64,000 nucleotides of DNA, from positions 1 to 64,000 of the forward strand of contig JAPETS010000045.1 in assembly GCA_026023565.1 (NCBI GenBank), in the 5' to 3' direction. Positions 37,109 to 51,216 of the stretch are shown here, piece by piece. This DNA is from Cirrosporium novae-zelandiae. Its lineage: Eukaryota. The notes beneath the pieces are model-generated. The model had not been told where the DNA came from. It saw only the letters and a list, made by a program, of their open reading frames with translations, and ran no database searches. The position numbers and the translations under genes were made by a program. Every line of letters starts with the position of its first letter. The stretch's first letter is position 1.

Positions 37109-40100
37109 ATGCAACTCGTTCCCAAGGAGGTTCGTGTGATGTTGTCACCAACACAAAACCGTTTGCTGATCCCTAACCCAGCTAGATAAGCTCGTTATCT
37201 CGCATTTCGGACTTCTTGCTCAACGACGTCTGGCTAGGGGTGTCAAGCTCAATCATGCAGAGGCCACGGTGACATTACTTGCTACACGGATATAATAATC
37301 TCTAGGGTGCTAATTTTGTATCGTAGGCTCTGATCGCGAATAACCTTCAAGAGGTCCGCTCCCTAGTCCATTTAGAGAACAATTCTAATTCTAACAGTTG
37401 ATCCGCGATGGCAATCATACTGTTGCGGATCTTATGTCAATTGGCAAGACTATGCTAGGTCGACGCCATGTTCTTCCTTCAGTCATTGGTTCCCTTGTCG
37501 AACTCCAGGTCGAAGGCACCTTTCCTACTGGAACCTATTTAGTTACAGTTCACCATCCTGTCAGCACTGACGATGGAGACCTCGAAAAAGCATTATTTGG
37601 AAGTTTTCTGCCTATACCATCTAAAGATATGTTCTCATTGCCCAAGGCGGAAGAATACGAACCAAAGAAGATGCCAGGCGCTGTTATACCTGTCAAGGAA
37701 GGCAGAATTATACTCAATGAAGGAAGGAAGAGAATCAGGTTGAAGATTACAAGTAAAGGAGACAGGCCAATTCAGGTATGTCTTATATCTAGAACGGAGT
37801 GAAGTTACGGCGATAGCATTTGAAGGATGGCCTAATCGGACTACTATTTTATCTGGAGGTGCATATGGCACTTGTACTGTGCTCAGTATCATACACGTGA
37901 CGTCCAATGGCTATACTGAACCTTGTGCTAATTAGCTTCAATCTCCAGATAGGATCTCATTATCACTTTATCGAAACTAATCCTCAATTGGAATTTGATC
38001 GCATCAAATCCTACGGCTATCGATTAGACATTGCTGCTGGGACCTCTGTCCGATTTGAACCTGGAGATACAAAGACTGTTACTCTTGTTGAAATTGGAGG
38101 CCATAAAGTTATCAAAGGTGGCAATGGTGTTGCCTCAGGTCCTCTCGATGTTTCTAGGGCTGAAGCAATTGCCCAGAAACTGCAAGAAGGTCAATTCGCA
38201 AATTCCCCCGAGCCTGTAGGTGATCTTACATACGTCAACCCCTTTTCAATGACCCGTGAAGATTACTGTAGAATGTTTGGCCCCACTACCGGTGATCTTA
38301 TTCGACTCGGCGCTACAGACCTATGGGTAAAAGTCGAGAAAGATTTTTCAGTTTATGGCGATGAATGCACTTTCGGTGGAGGAAAGACTCTTCGAGAGGG
38401 GATGGGGCAAGCCAGTGGTCGCTCCGATTGCGAATCACTTGATACTGTCATTACCAATGCTTTGATTATCGACTGGACTGGAATTTACAAAGCTGATATT
38501 GGTATAAAGAACGGCGTTATCGCTGGTATTGGGAAAGCAGGAAATCCAGATGTTATGGATGGAGTTCACCCTTCGTTAATTGTCGGATCTGGAACAGATG
38601 TCATTGCAGGTGAAGGTAAGATCATCACCGCTGGTGGGTTCGATACCCACATTCACTTCATTTGTCCTCAGCAGGCCTACGATGCTATAGCATCTGGGAT
38701 CACATCGATTCTAGGTGGTGGAACCGGACCAAGTACTGGTACTAATGCAACGACCTGCACTCCTGGTAAAACCCTCATACGTCAAATGCTCCAAGCTTGT
38801 GATGAACTGCCTGTCAATGTCGGCATCACTGGCAAAGGTAATGATTGCGAGAAAATATGTCTCCAGGAGCAATGTGCCGCTGGAGCTGCCGGCCTTAAGC
38901 TTCACGAAGATTGGGGAACAACTCCAGGAGCAATTGACACTTGCCTCAGTGTCTGCGATGAATATGACGTTCAATGTCTTATTCATACCGACACACTTAA
39001 TGAATCAGGATTTGTCGAGCAGACGATCAAGGCCTTCAAGAATCGTGCCATACATACCTACCATACTGAAGGTGCAGGCGGAGGTCATGCCCCTGATATT
39101 ATATCCGTCGTCGAACATGATAATGTCCTTCCAAGTAGCACAAATCCTACTCGTCCATATACTCGTAACACACTCGACGAACATCTCGACATGCTTATGG
39201 TCTGCCATCATCTTTCAAAGAATATTCCTGAAGACGTTGCCTTTGCTGAAAGCCGGATCCGTGCTGAAACAATTGCGGCTGAAGATCGTCTTCATGATAA
39301 AGGTGCAATCAGCATGATGTCCTCTGATTCACAAGCCATGGGCCGATGTGGTGAAGTCATTCTCCGAACCTGGCACACTGCACACAAGAATAAAGTCCAA
39401 TTTGGCTCTCTAAAAGAGGATGAGAATACTGGGGCAGACAATTTCAGAGTCAAAAGATATATAAGTAAATACACAATAAATCCAGCGATTACTCAAGGCG
39501 TAGGGCATTTGATCGGAAGCATTGAAACAGGTAAAGTGGCGGATCTTGTGTTATGGGCTCCCCGGAATTTTGGAACTAAACCAAGTCTGGTGGTTAAAAG
39601 TGGTTTTATTTCTTGGGCTCAGATGGCAAGTTTTTCATATCCTTTTCAACTGGAATTCATGGACCACTACTGATGCAGAATTACTAAACAGGGTGACCCT
39701 AATGCATCAATACCAACTGTTGAGCCAGTCATTATGCGTCCCATGTTTGGAGCGTACAATCCGAAATCTTCCTTCACCTTCGTTTCAGCAGCCTCTATTC
39801 TCAGTGGAACCATTGCGTCGTATAACCTCCGCCATCGCGTGGAAGCTGTGAGAAACTGTCGAAAAATAACCAAGAAAGATATGAAATTCAATGATTTACA
39901 GCCCAGGATGAAGGTTGACCCTGAACGATATGTGAGTACCCCAGCCATTTTTATACACATCAGGCAGCAGAGCAGCATACGTTTAAATAGCTTCGCTTTC
40001 TATTATTTTTCGATTCATGACCACTACTACTTCATACGCAAAAGATCCAAATATCCTACCCTCGATATTAGCCTTGGCACTAACATTCTTTGATATCAGA

Positions 40101-40180
40101 TCGTTGAAGCGGACGGCGAAGTTTGCACAGCAGAGCCTGCAGAGAGATTACCTTTAAGTCAAGGATATTATGTTTACTAA
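37109..40180 (+). CDS. URE1: Urease (fused gamma-beta-alpha, Ni-dependent); 6 introns including one GC-AG
   Basis: Starts MQLVPKE. Contains [64 protein letters not shown] and SSDSQAMGR. Confidence 0.98.
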
Positions 40181-41616
40181 TATATTCTCTTTTAATATCA
40201 ATGTTCAGCCGTCATACTAAACTGGTGTAATCGCCTCTCGCAGATCCTACTATTTCCCTTGATCAGCCGAACTCTATTGCTGACACTGAATAGAGAAATT
40301 TCTTGGTCTCGCAGCCCTCTTTTCCTTCTTACAATATGCTTTGATTGATAGCGACCACGTTGATATTTCCAACAGGGGTCTTTACACATACTGTTTTCAA
40401 CTAAGGACTGCACCAAGCTGGTGTCATGGCGAATTTGAAAGGGTTTCGCTATAAGTCTATATAGAGTATGCGCCGTTCCATGTTTATCTTAGCTTATAAT
40501 GAGCAATGATCTGAACTACTTCGTTGAGGCCTCTTAGGTGTGTTGTTGACTCTCCACTTCATAGACCTGCTAATCCTACTATAACGCTTTGTGTATACCT
40601 CATCCTCTAATATTTTCTCAGCTACTAAGAATTGGTTTTCCCTCCCTTTTATATGTAGAAATTTTGTCAATTTGCTATTGCCTTGGTAATATACTTTCCT
40701 ATGCCCATATTTACATCTCAACTTTACTGTGCGTGGCGACCTCCAAAGAGACTCCAACCCACCCAATCACTGTACCATTTCATGAGTTTTTGGCTATAAT
40801 TATCAAGTGCAGGGCAAATTTTCCTTCACTAGCGAAAATTTCTAGCATGGGTACGGATCTCTAGGAATGGATGTGGTTCATGTGACCCATAGGATTATGT
40901 AATAGAATTATAGCTGAAAATAGTGAACCATAGCACTTTAACATGGCATAGGTGACAATAGTAAGAAAAGTGGAAAAGCAACTGCTAAAATATAAATAAG
41001 GCTTTGATTAAAATGTGGGGAAAACGATGGCTTAAATTCACAGACGGGATTAATTCTTTATGATATTTCTTTACGTCACTATTTTATATTCTATGTGCAG
41101 TTATTTATTCTATCGGACCCACAAGCAAGCAAGCGACCAAGGCTAGATTTCAATACGCGGCTAACTAGCAATACGACTTATCGGAGATGTCATTTTCGGC
41201 TGATTAGGCCGAGCGTTGTTGCGTTTGGACATATATAATTCATTGGAAAGGATTCCATGTTCGTATAATAATGGCTGTTAGACTAATTGTGCTGCATTTT
41301 CCAGTTGATTGATTTGACTTAACTCCAGGATGTACATGGAGAACATGGACATCCATCTTGTCTTCCAATGTTTGCTAAGCTTAGCCGGTTAGGTATGTCT
41401 AGGATTAAAGTTATTTAACTTAGTTTTAAAAGTATCATGTGTTTATGTGTTTCTGCTAAAAAGTGTTAAATATGTACAGCGAATAAGTCTCACTACCCGT
41501 TTCCTCCTATCAAGTAGGTCAAGTAGGTCGTCCAACCAAGATCAACTTCTAACCCAGCTAAGTACGCATCCAAGAATGTGAATAAAAGAATTTCATACGC
41601 GTGCATTGCGTTTGAT

Positions 41617-42767
41617 TTACAATTCACACTCGCCTTCATCGTCGTAATAATATGTGCTGCTGGGGGAAGCAACCGCCGTGGCGCTGGTCGAAATTGGGGC
41701 AACATAGGAACTAGTAGCAGCAGCGACGGAAAAGGAAGGTGCAACATAGCTACTTGATTCGACCGTAGCAGCTGCAGACTCGGCAACAGCAGACGAGGAA
41801 GTAGCGACATAAGTGTTGGCATCAGCAGCTGAGCTCACCGCAGCCGAAGTGGCATCTGATGAAGCAGCAACCGATGAAGCAGCAGCGCTTGTAGCAGCCT
41901 CTGCCATTGTGGAAGCGCTGCTAGAACCAGTAGGGGTCTCGCCGTCACGGACACAGCCGGTCTTAGCGGTGAGAGCTGCAGGACATGTGACTTGAACGAA
42001 GTCGACGGTTGGGTTATCAGCGCCCTCGAACCAGTCAAAGCGCCACTCACAACCAGATTGAAGGGCTGTTGGGAAGGTAGAACAAGTGTTAGAGGAGATA
42101 CCACCATATTGGGCTCCCCAGCCGGAGGACGGAGCGCCCCACTCATCCGTGCATCCGTTATAGATGCCAACACCACCGCCGGGAATCTGTTCCAAGATAT
42201 TTAGTTTTGGTTGGAAACAAGAAATGAAATGAAAAGGGTGAAGGGAGACTGACGGCAAGATCAAATTGGTTGCTGGACAAATCACCGCCGGTATTCGTTG
42301 CCTTCACCGAAAAGTTAGTCAATGCTGTTGCTTGTTTCTAATTCGCCAAAGGAACGCGGAATCCGGACCTGGACAATCATTTTCTTGCCAGCAATCGCAG
42401 TGCTGGTGAAGGTCAATTCATAGCAGGCACAACACCATGAACTTTCACTTCCTCCCGAAATGCTGACTGCAGCAAAACCATAGGCCATAGTAGAATTGAC
42501 TGCCCATGGGCTTTGATCACTGCACATATATGCAGTTCCACTATCACAACCAGAGGTTGCATCGGCACCATCTGACAAAACATTGTCATCAATGTCACAG
42601 ACCGATACAGGGGAGGAAACATCTGCTTTATCATTCCATGCACAAGATGGCTTGCAGCAATCCCAATAACGGGTAGTTGTGCCGGAACCAGAGGCGCCTG
42701 CTGAGACAAGATAGGCAGAGGAAGCTGCAAGGGCAGAGAGACTGAGGATTCGGGAGAAAACTGCCAT
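41617..42767 (-). CDS. Secreted GH45 endoglucanase with Ser/Ala-rich tail; 2 introns
   Basis: Signal peptide; [51 protein letters not shown]. Confidence 0.95.
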
Positions 42768-44887
42768 TGTTGCTAGGAACAATACGGATATATATGGATT
42801 CGAGGGGTTCGAAGTGGATGATGGATGGTTTGCAGCTAAATAACTGGCAAGAGATCACGGATCTCAAGGTAGTAAACGAGGTGATGAGAACGAAAAGATA
42901 GACTCAAATAGTCTGTCAAGTACAAAGAGTGACTAGAATCTTCTCGGAAAATTTCTAGGCAGTAGAACTAGAGATATTTCTGGTGGCGAAGGAACAAGAT
43001 AGTTGGGAGGAAACATGTTCGTATTTAAGAAAAGCACAACAACAGCGAAAGAGCGGTAGGATTAAACAGCCAAGAAATCCAGATATAGTGATTATTAGAA
43101 TGTTAGAGAAGACATCGGCCTCAGAGCTCGAAGGGAGAAGCTAACAAATTTCCAGAAACATTGAGATATATTGTCGGAAGAATGGGATTGAGAAGGAATG
43201 GCGGGAGTTTTGATGGTCAATGTTTATATAAGACAACGGGCCTGATTCTTACTTGGAAGCGAAGGTAAAGTGCCAATGATAAAGTGCTCCAGCCGCCCAA
43301 GGTTGCATGGTGGATTCCTCCCAAGACAGTTTAAGGACAACCAAGAAACATGGTTAATTTGTTAATTTGTTAGGAGATTTGTTTAAATCTATATGCGAGA
43401 TTTGAAGTGTCAAAAAGTGGGACATGGGCTGACAATGTAGACACTATCAATTACCACCATATCCACCATTAATTATATCCTGAGTTAACGGATAGGAATT
43501 TTTATTCTTCCACCCATTGCTCGACGTATATTTAAACAATGGCTCCAATTCACTCTCCGGTTTTTAGTCTTTTGATGCACCACAAGGTTGAGCACTGTTT
43601 AATTTTCTTATTTTTCCTTGCTCGTCATTAGTTACCACTATTTACTTTGTCCCCCCATCACTTTTAACTTCCGCCGTTCTCTCTCGTTATTCCTTCTTGT
43701 TTCCAACATCTTCTTTGGCTATCCATACACAGGAATCCAGACATGGGAAAGACCTCTTTACACGAGGCAGATGGAAACATGAAGTTGTGTTGCATGTTGG
43801 GGTTCGTCATTATTATCAGGCTTGCTTGACGGTCGTAGAAATGATAGGAACGACGAAGGGGCCCATGTCAAGCTTGATTTTCAAAGGAGATCGGTCCAGG
43901 AGTTATTCTCCAGTGTTTCTTCAGGCTCAGAATATAAGCTGGCGGTACAATAATAAGCAATCGTGGCAAGCTATTTATCCATGGACTAGAGTAGAGAGCA
44001 AGGTTAGCGCACTTGATCCTGCAAGTTTGAGTATCTGATACAAAGGTTGATACTAAGAAGTTACTTAGCTCCCCTATCAGACTGGTGGTCAGGAGGACAT
44101 GTCCGGATCTAGATAAAGCTCAATCATGTTAAGGCGTTCCAAGGCTCCATTATCCCGTTTGAGTAAATCGACTTAGTGATGCCTGGGATGGTCGGACAGA
44201 TCTTCAAGGACTTGGAAGGTGTTGACAGTTTGATCAGGAACAGATCTAACATAAGATAATTAGTCTTGTTGCCGGACAAGAGGAAAGGATGTGTATTTAT
44301 TTGTACAGTACGTTAATTGTAAATTGGTAACAAAGCAATAAAACAGTCAGTTTGTGCCTTGGAAGTCCCTTGAAAAATCCCTTGGTTACTTGGAGGATCG
44401 CCGATGCATGTTGGCTACCAAGATGCCCGCCAACCAATCTCCGGCCTTTATACTACCCAATGTACAACATTGAAACCCCCAGCCCCCCCAACGCTGTACT
44501 CGAGTACTGTACTGCACCTGCACTGCATGCATACCGCATAATGCCCTATACTCTATCCTGTGTATTGCCCATACTTTCATTTTCACTTAGAATTCTTTTT
44601 ATCATTACCAAACTGGCCAACCCTCATCCCTATAGCTTTTCTCGGCCCTCAGCCTTCAATTAGACCTTTCACTATCTTCAAATGCTTCCATCGCTCCATT
44701 ATTCCACTTCCTTAGTCTTTCTGATCTTCCAGAGCTGTGCGACAGCCACAAATGTCCCTATCGCCTGCACATAGCCTAAATGATGTCGTTGAGCCCTACC
44801 ACGCCAACATGAGCTGAATTTTTGCTTCTATTATTTTGTTCGCTCAAATCATGAATATCGTCCGAATTACCGTTGACAACTGTCAAG

Positions 44888-46903
44888 ATGCCACCATCAT
44901 CAGCCCTGTCTGCACCCATTAAACGTCGAACGAACTCTTTAGGCCGAGCCAAGAGTGATTGCCATACATGCGCCAAAGAAAACCGAAGCTGTGATCGCCA
45001 AAGACCAAAATGTGGTACCTGCTTACGACTAAATCTTACATGTGGAGGTTATGTTTTGGACTTATCTTGGAGGGATGGTTTATCGTCGAGAAAGCCGTTC
45101 AACCCTGGTGCCACCTCTGCAGACAAGGCCGAAAGTTCGCAAGCCGATGAAGATGCAGACCAAGTGAACCAGAGGGTAGTCCCTTTAATACGAGAATACA
45201 AATTCAAAGTCGGGAGACCAAAAAGAAAACGGGTTAATTGGCGGGTCAAGGAATCCCAGAATGGAGCTGAAGCTGGTGTCTCGTCTTCTAGTCAACAATG
45301 CACGCTTTCCAAGAACCATACTGTTGCGTCGGGGATGGTGGATTCATCAGACTCCATGTGGATGGTGACTCTAGCATCTCATCGTGTCGATGAGGATGTG
45401 ACGGATGACACTGAGGAGGTGGATTCGTCATCGCCGAAAACAGATTCAAACTCAAGCAGCACCACTACAGACGATAATTCGTCTACTTTTACGGCCTCCA
45501 GTACCGGTTTACAAATTACTATTCATCAAAATAGGGTTTCCCATAGAACACGAAATTCGAGTATCGATTCTACATCTCAAGCGACGCCCTACCTTCCAAA
45601 AGGCATGCTTTATGCTCACTTAGTTGACAAGTATAACGGGGTCCTTCTGAGATGTACGTATAACCCAAATTCAAAGTTATTCTTCTTACCATTGTAATAG
45701 ACAACAAAGAGTTCTGTATGTTACCGCTTACCGTCGATTTCGAGAATGACTTGAATCCATTCCGTTGTCCTCAAATACACTCTCGAAGTGCCGATTTCCT
45801 TTTTCATGCAGTTCTTGCCCTAGCTTCTCACCATTTGTCTGTACTCGAAGATAACAAGGCATTGGGGGAGCGGGCCTTACAACACCAAGCTTCGGCCTTG
45901 CAACAATACCGGAAAGCTATTGGAAGTGGCGGAGGTCAAACAATGGCCTTGCTGGATGCATTGGTAATACTTTTAAGTTTGGATGTGGGTATCAACCATT
46001 ACCTGCTATCAGATAGATGTTAATAGGTGCTTCAAGGGTGCTCAATCTGGTCTCGGGCCTTGGCGTTTGCATCTTGCCGCAGCTCTTAATATGATCCAGC
46101 GTGGAGGTGGCGTCGAACTCTTGGCGCAAAGTGCGAAACTGAGGACACAGACATCAATGCTCATTTGGTAGGATTTAAGGCCGTTGAATTTTTGAAATCG
46201 TCTAATTGTTTGTAGGTGGGATGCCACTGTCGCCCTTGTTGCACGTTCGAATCCAATCTTTCCGCTATCGTATCTTCTCGTGATCCTGAGATTTTGTCAT
46301 AGCGATGGTTGGAGTTTCTGGATCCTCAATGGGTGCCCTGAGTTCTTAGTAATCTCCATGTTCAAGATTTCAAGGGCTGCATGGTTAATGGGTGAATTTC
46401 CCGAAAGAGCGGTTGAACATCTTGATGAAGTTCGTCTGGTCGAAAAAGAACTAATCAAGTGGCAAAACCCTTATAAAGATGATGATCGGTTCCATACCGT
46501 TGAAGCTTGGAGGCAATGCCTGCTGCTTTATATATATCGAATTTTTAGGTATAACATTGGCGCTGGGCCCTTACAGATGGTTGCCCTGCAGGCCATTGTA
46601 GTGCTGGAGCATGCTCAATGCATTCCGCAAACATCATTCCTGCAGAAGCAGGTGCTCCTTCCAGTGTTCCTAGCAGGTTGCGAGTGTTTGCACCCGATCG
46701 GGAGACAATTTGCCAAACGGTATTGCGCTTTCTGGGATGACACCTGTCGATATCGTCTCTTCCGCACTGCACACGATATTCTCGAACATGTGTGGGCGGA
46801 ACTAGATAGCAAGGAACCGGATCTCTGGTGGGGGCCCATCATTGATCGGTGCAAGGAAAAGGACCAAGTACCAGGCATGAAATTAGAGTTCCTTTTTGGA
46901 TGA
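44888..46903 (+). CDS. Zn(II)2Cys6 transcription factor with fungal-specific C-terminal domain; 3 introns
   Basis: CHTCAKENRSCDRQRPKCGTCLRLNLTC binuclear cluster; later exons include LFHAVLALASHH and LLPVFLAGCE. Confidence 0.9.
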
Positions 46904-47810
46904 TATGAGTCAGATTCCCTACAAGTTGTACTCCGTTAAAGGAAGCAAGAATTTTGAAAGGGTGGTGTTCGGTACTAGAAAGCGGGATGAACTAAAACAC
47001 AGAATGTCGTTAGGCCTGAAAACGGCTCAAGTCTCCGTTGCTATTCTGGATCATTCTGATGTTGTACAATCGCATCGCTCTTTGACTACAAGAAGCAAGG
47101 TAACATCTATGACGAAAACGGACATGCAGTTCCAGCAAATATAAATCATTCATGATGAGGAAATGGGATAATACCGTTATCTAAATGAATGTATGGCCGA
47201 GGTTGAAATGATGATATGAACGGATGAATGTATTGGGTGCCGTCCCAACAGGAGAGGTGCGAACATCAAATACTGGATTTTTGCCACGGCGGTGAGAATA
47301 ATATTACGGGGACTTGAGGAGATGAATCAGGCTTCCGTGTTCCATAGAACAGATGGGACAAGCTGATGGCAGGATGGTTTTTACACATGGTTTATCTGAT
47401 GACATGAAAGAATCTTGGAAGCCTAGCCGAATCTACAAGATGGAGAGTGATGATGAAGAACTAACACGTGAAGATGGGAGATGCTATTATGCTTATTCTA
47501 TGTGTCGAGGGGGGGGATATAGAGGATGATACGGATGAATGACGACTACTTTTTTGGGAATAGCGAGTTTAATGCTAGGGATATTTATGCAATAGCTAAT
47601 AGGATGTGAAATAAAAAGGGGTGCGGGTAAGACCAGAGGCTGATGAATATCGGGAGGGTTAATTACGGGGCAGCTAGAATAACTCTCTGTCGTATTCGGG
47701 AAGGAGAAGGAGGGAGGTGTTCTTGGTGTTTCCATTCTAACAGAAAGTTTCCCCTCGTTCACAGAAACGAGACATGGGCAATAGACTATTAGCCTAGACT
47801 AGGCAGTAAT

Positions 47811-47852
47811 TACAGGCAATACAGGAAATACAGGCAATACAGTAAAATACAG
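47811..47852. repeat. Short 9-bp tandem repeat (ACAGGCAAT-like, ~4.5 copies)
   Basis: tacaggcaat acaggaaat acaggcaat acagtaaaat acag. Confidence 0.8.
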
Positions 47853-48481
47853 ACCATACCACGTACAAGTGGAAAGTTTAATTCGTGGTATTTCGTAGGC
47901 CTCCCCCAAACTCTAAAGAAATGGCCAAAGAACAGCCAAAAAGGGCCCCAAAAGGCCAGCCAGGGCCAACTGTCTGTGTACATTTGTATACATAATCCAT
48001 AATTAATCAGGCGTTCCAGGGCGCTATCAGCGGCTATCCCTCCCTTTCTCCAGTCTTCTTTCCCAATCTTGCCTTCTTTCGGAATATTCCCCTTCATCTG
48101 ATTATCTACCATCTAACCTCTTCGTTCAATCAAACTCAAGAATTCTACAAGACACTACGAGACTCCGAGGGTACATCCCCAACGTCCAAGGTCTGTTCTC
48201 TTTTCCTCCCCCAAAGTCTTGTTTGTGCTTCCCCGTCCCAAGGTAAGGAAAAGGTAGCGGGTAGGCGAGTAGCGTAAAGCCGAGAAAAGTACAAAACTAA
48301 TAAATGAGGCATTGCTATCAAAAATGCACCTGGAAAATGCACACACTTGGAATGATTTCACTTCTGAAAAATGTTCCATCTTCCCCCCATCTTTTATAAC
48401 TCTACGCGAGGTCTATCCTAACCTTTTCTATTTTCATCTTGACCCCCAAACCGCCGAAACAGTTCAACTCTCCATTCCGTG

Positions 48482-50428
48482 ATGCCTTCTTTAACCGATC
48501 CAGGCATTCATCGTCACCATGAAGCCTTGGAGATCAATGGCAAAACCATTGATGACCTTGAGCTCGAGACGGCAGGCTACAAGAGAGAGATGCCACGTCA
48601 ATTCTCAACATTCAGTCTGATGGGCCTCTCGTTTGCTCTGACATGTACATGGAGTGGCACAGGATCTTCCTTTGGCATTGGTTTGATGGAAGGTGGTCCA
48701 GCTGGAGTAATCTGGTCTCTTTTACCAGCTGCCCTGATGACTGCCGTTCTTTCTGCTGGAATGGCTGAATTGGCATCAGCTTATCCGGTAGCCGGTGCCC
48801 AATATTACTGGTCATTTATGGTATCAAGTGAAAAACACCGGGCTTTCGCCGCATATCTGTAAGGCTGTAACCCCTCCTTTTGAACGTTGAAAGTATCATG
48901 AAGATTAACTAGTACCCAGGAATGGTTGGATGAGCGTTATTGGATGGTGGTTGGGGTTAGCATCTGTTGCCAACTTCATTGCGTCCATGATCCTTTCAAT
49001 TGCTGTCATGTGGTATCCAGATTATACGATACAGCACTATCAGCAATGGCTTGTATATGTCCTAATCACCTGGCTGGCCTTTGTTGTTAATGTTTTCGGG
49101 TCGAGAATAATCCCTTTTTATAACAAATTTATCAGTCTGTCCTCCTAGAATTCCTTGTTACTTGGATCGTAATAACCATAAAATAGTGGTACTTTCATGG
49201 ATTGTGATGATAGCGACCATCATAACCATCCTTGCCTGTTCCCGTCATCAGTTCCCTACAGGAACTTGGGTATTTGGACATACTCTCAACTCCACTGGCT
49301 GGAAAAGCGATGGCTTCGCATTCATGCTCTGCATAAACAATGCCGTTTACGCATTCTTGGGTACAGATTGTGGCGCACACATGTGCGAAGAAATCCCCAA
49401 TCCCTCCAGGAATGTCCCAAAGGTGATTATGGTGCCTATTGCCTTGGGCTTGCTCACTGCTTGGCCATTTGCTGTGGCATGCATGGCAGGAATATCAGAC
49501 CTCGACGCCATCATGAATAGTGCGAGTGGAGTGCCATTAATTGATATATTCTACCAAGGTACAGGTGGCTCCAAGGCCGGAGCAACGGTTCTAATAACCT
49601 TCTTTGCTTTTTGCTTTTTTGGATGTATGGTTGCGACAGGTAAATTTCCACTATTTTAAATTTTAGTTCATCAGACCGTCGACCAAGGAAACAGGGCGGC
49701 GGTGCCGAACGAACCTTCCTCCACATTGTTCCTAGCGTGATAGTATTAGGCTGTGAATCTAACTCTGACTCGAAAACCCAGGTACAACATCTTCTCGAAC
49801 TCTCTGGGCCGTCTCTCGTGACAATGCTCTCCCTTATTCCCACCTCTGGGCGCAGGTACACCCCACCTGGCATATGCCTGTAAATGCCATGGGCCTAACG
49901 GCAACCGCAATCTCCATTTACGGTCTTATTTTTCTCGGTTCCACATCGGTCTTTTCATCCATGGTCGGCACGGCAATCGTTTTCTTGCAAACATCCTGCG
50001 CTATCCCGCAAGCAATTTTACTTTTTAGGGGGAGACAGCAGGTCTTGCCCCCGAGGTACTTTTCTTTAGGGGATGGCTGGTTTGGATATTTCATAAACGG
50101 TTTGAGCGTATTGTGGGTGTGTTATGTCAACATCGTTTACTGCATCCCCTCCGCCCTACCGGTAACGGCGGAAGGAATGAACTATGTGAGTGTGGTGTTC
50201 GTGGGACTCGTTTCCTTTTTCATCGGGCTCTGGTTCGTCAGCAAGCGAGACACGTTCAAGGGTCCCAGAGTAGATTACGAGAAGATGAGGTTAAGAAGAG
50301 AGGAAGCATTGAGAGGAGTTATTCTTGAGGACGATGGTATTATCACCACCCCTGGAACTACCGGGGAGGATGAGATCACTCAAGTGGGAGTTCAGAGTGA
50401 AAAGCAGGAGGGAAGGCATTATAACTGA
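48482..50428 (+). CDS. APC-family amino acid permease (GABA/choline Uga4/Hnm1-like); 3 introns
   Basis: GYKREMPRQFS, GGPAGVIW, MAELASAYPVAGAQYYW, GTDCGAHMCEEIPNP and MNYVSVV. Confidence 0.93.
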
Positions 50429-50739
50429 TATTTAAAAAGGCTTGATTAAATTCTATAACGACCAATGAAAAAAAAATCAAGACCAGGTCTAATTTCTAGA
50501 CAAGGGTAAGCTACTGTATATTCATAAAAGCCATCCACACATCAAAGGCATGATGATCCGTACGCCAATTTTCTAGATAACGGAATTTAATAAACGCACA
50601 AATCCATTCATTCACGTAATCCCATGAAAATCCCAGTCATCTACCACAGTAATCAAATGTTTATTCCCAAGATGTCAATATGTTGGTATGCTTATGAACC
50701 TGTACCCCAACTACCTAGGTTAATCGGCAATCCCTTGAG

Positions 50740-50916
50740 GCCTCGGTTGGTGTAACTACAGAAACCCCACCTCACCTTCCAAATGCTCTCCCTTAACATA
50801 TCCGACTGAACTGATTATTCAACAACATTTGGCATGTTATCAAAAATTTTGCTAGATGAATTTTGTTCCCTAAGTGGCCGGTTCACTACGTACGTTGTGC
50901 TCCAGCCTCGGTTGGT
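50740..50916 (+). promoter_or_regulatory. Two GCCTCGGTTGGT motifs containing CCTCGG (FarA/FarB-type sites)
   Basis: Identical 12-mers at 50740-50751 and 50905-50916, upstream of the peroxisomal crotonase. Confidence 0.6.
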
Positions 50917-51216
50917 TTACGATAAATAATCAAATCCATCTGGACGTACTTTTTTCACTTCAGAGAGCCCCTCATGTCACCCTGGAAGTTTATTCTATTT
51001 TATAAAAACTGCTAGTTTGTTTGTTTTCAAAGAAGAAGAAGAAGAAGAAAAGAGGTCCCCGTTTTATTGTATATTTGACTAGCGATTAACCGACTGGCTG
51101 GCTAATCGGCTCTCTCTATCTACTATCGAGTGTTTATACATATATTCACAAAGAACTCGACCTGACTTGACTGCCTACCCTCTTCACCTCACTCACCCAA
51201 CACACCTAAACCGAAA

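Noticed and set aside
49640..49710. Hammerhead-like CTGATGA...GAAA on the minus strand in permease intron 3
   Set aside because: There is an extra G before GAAA, no NUH cleavage triplet and no stem III.
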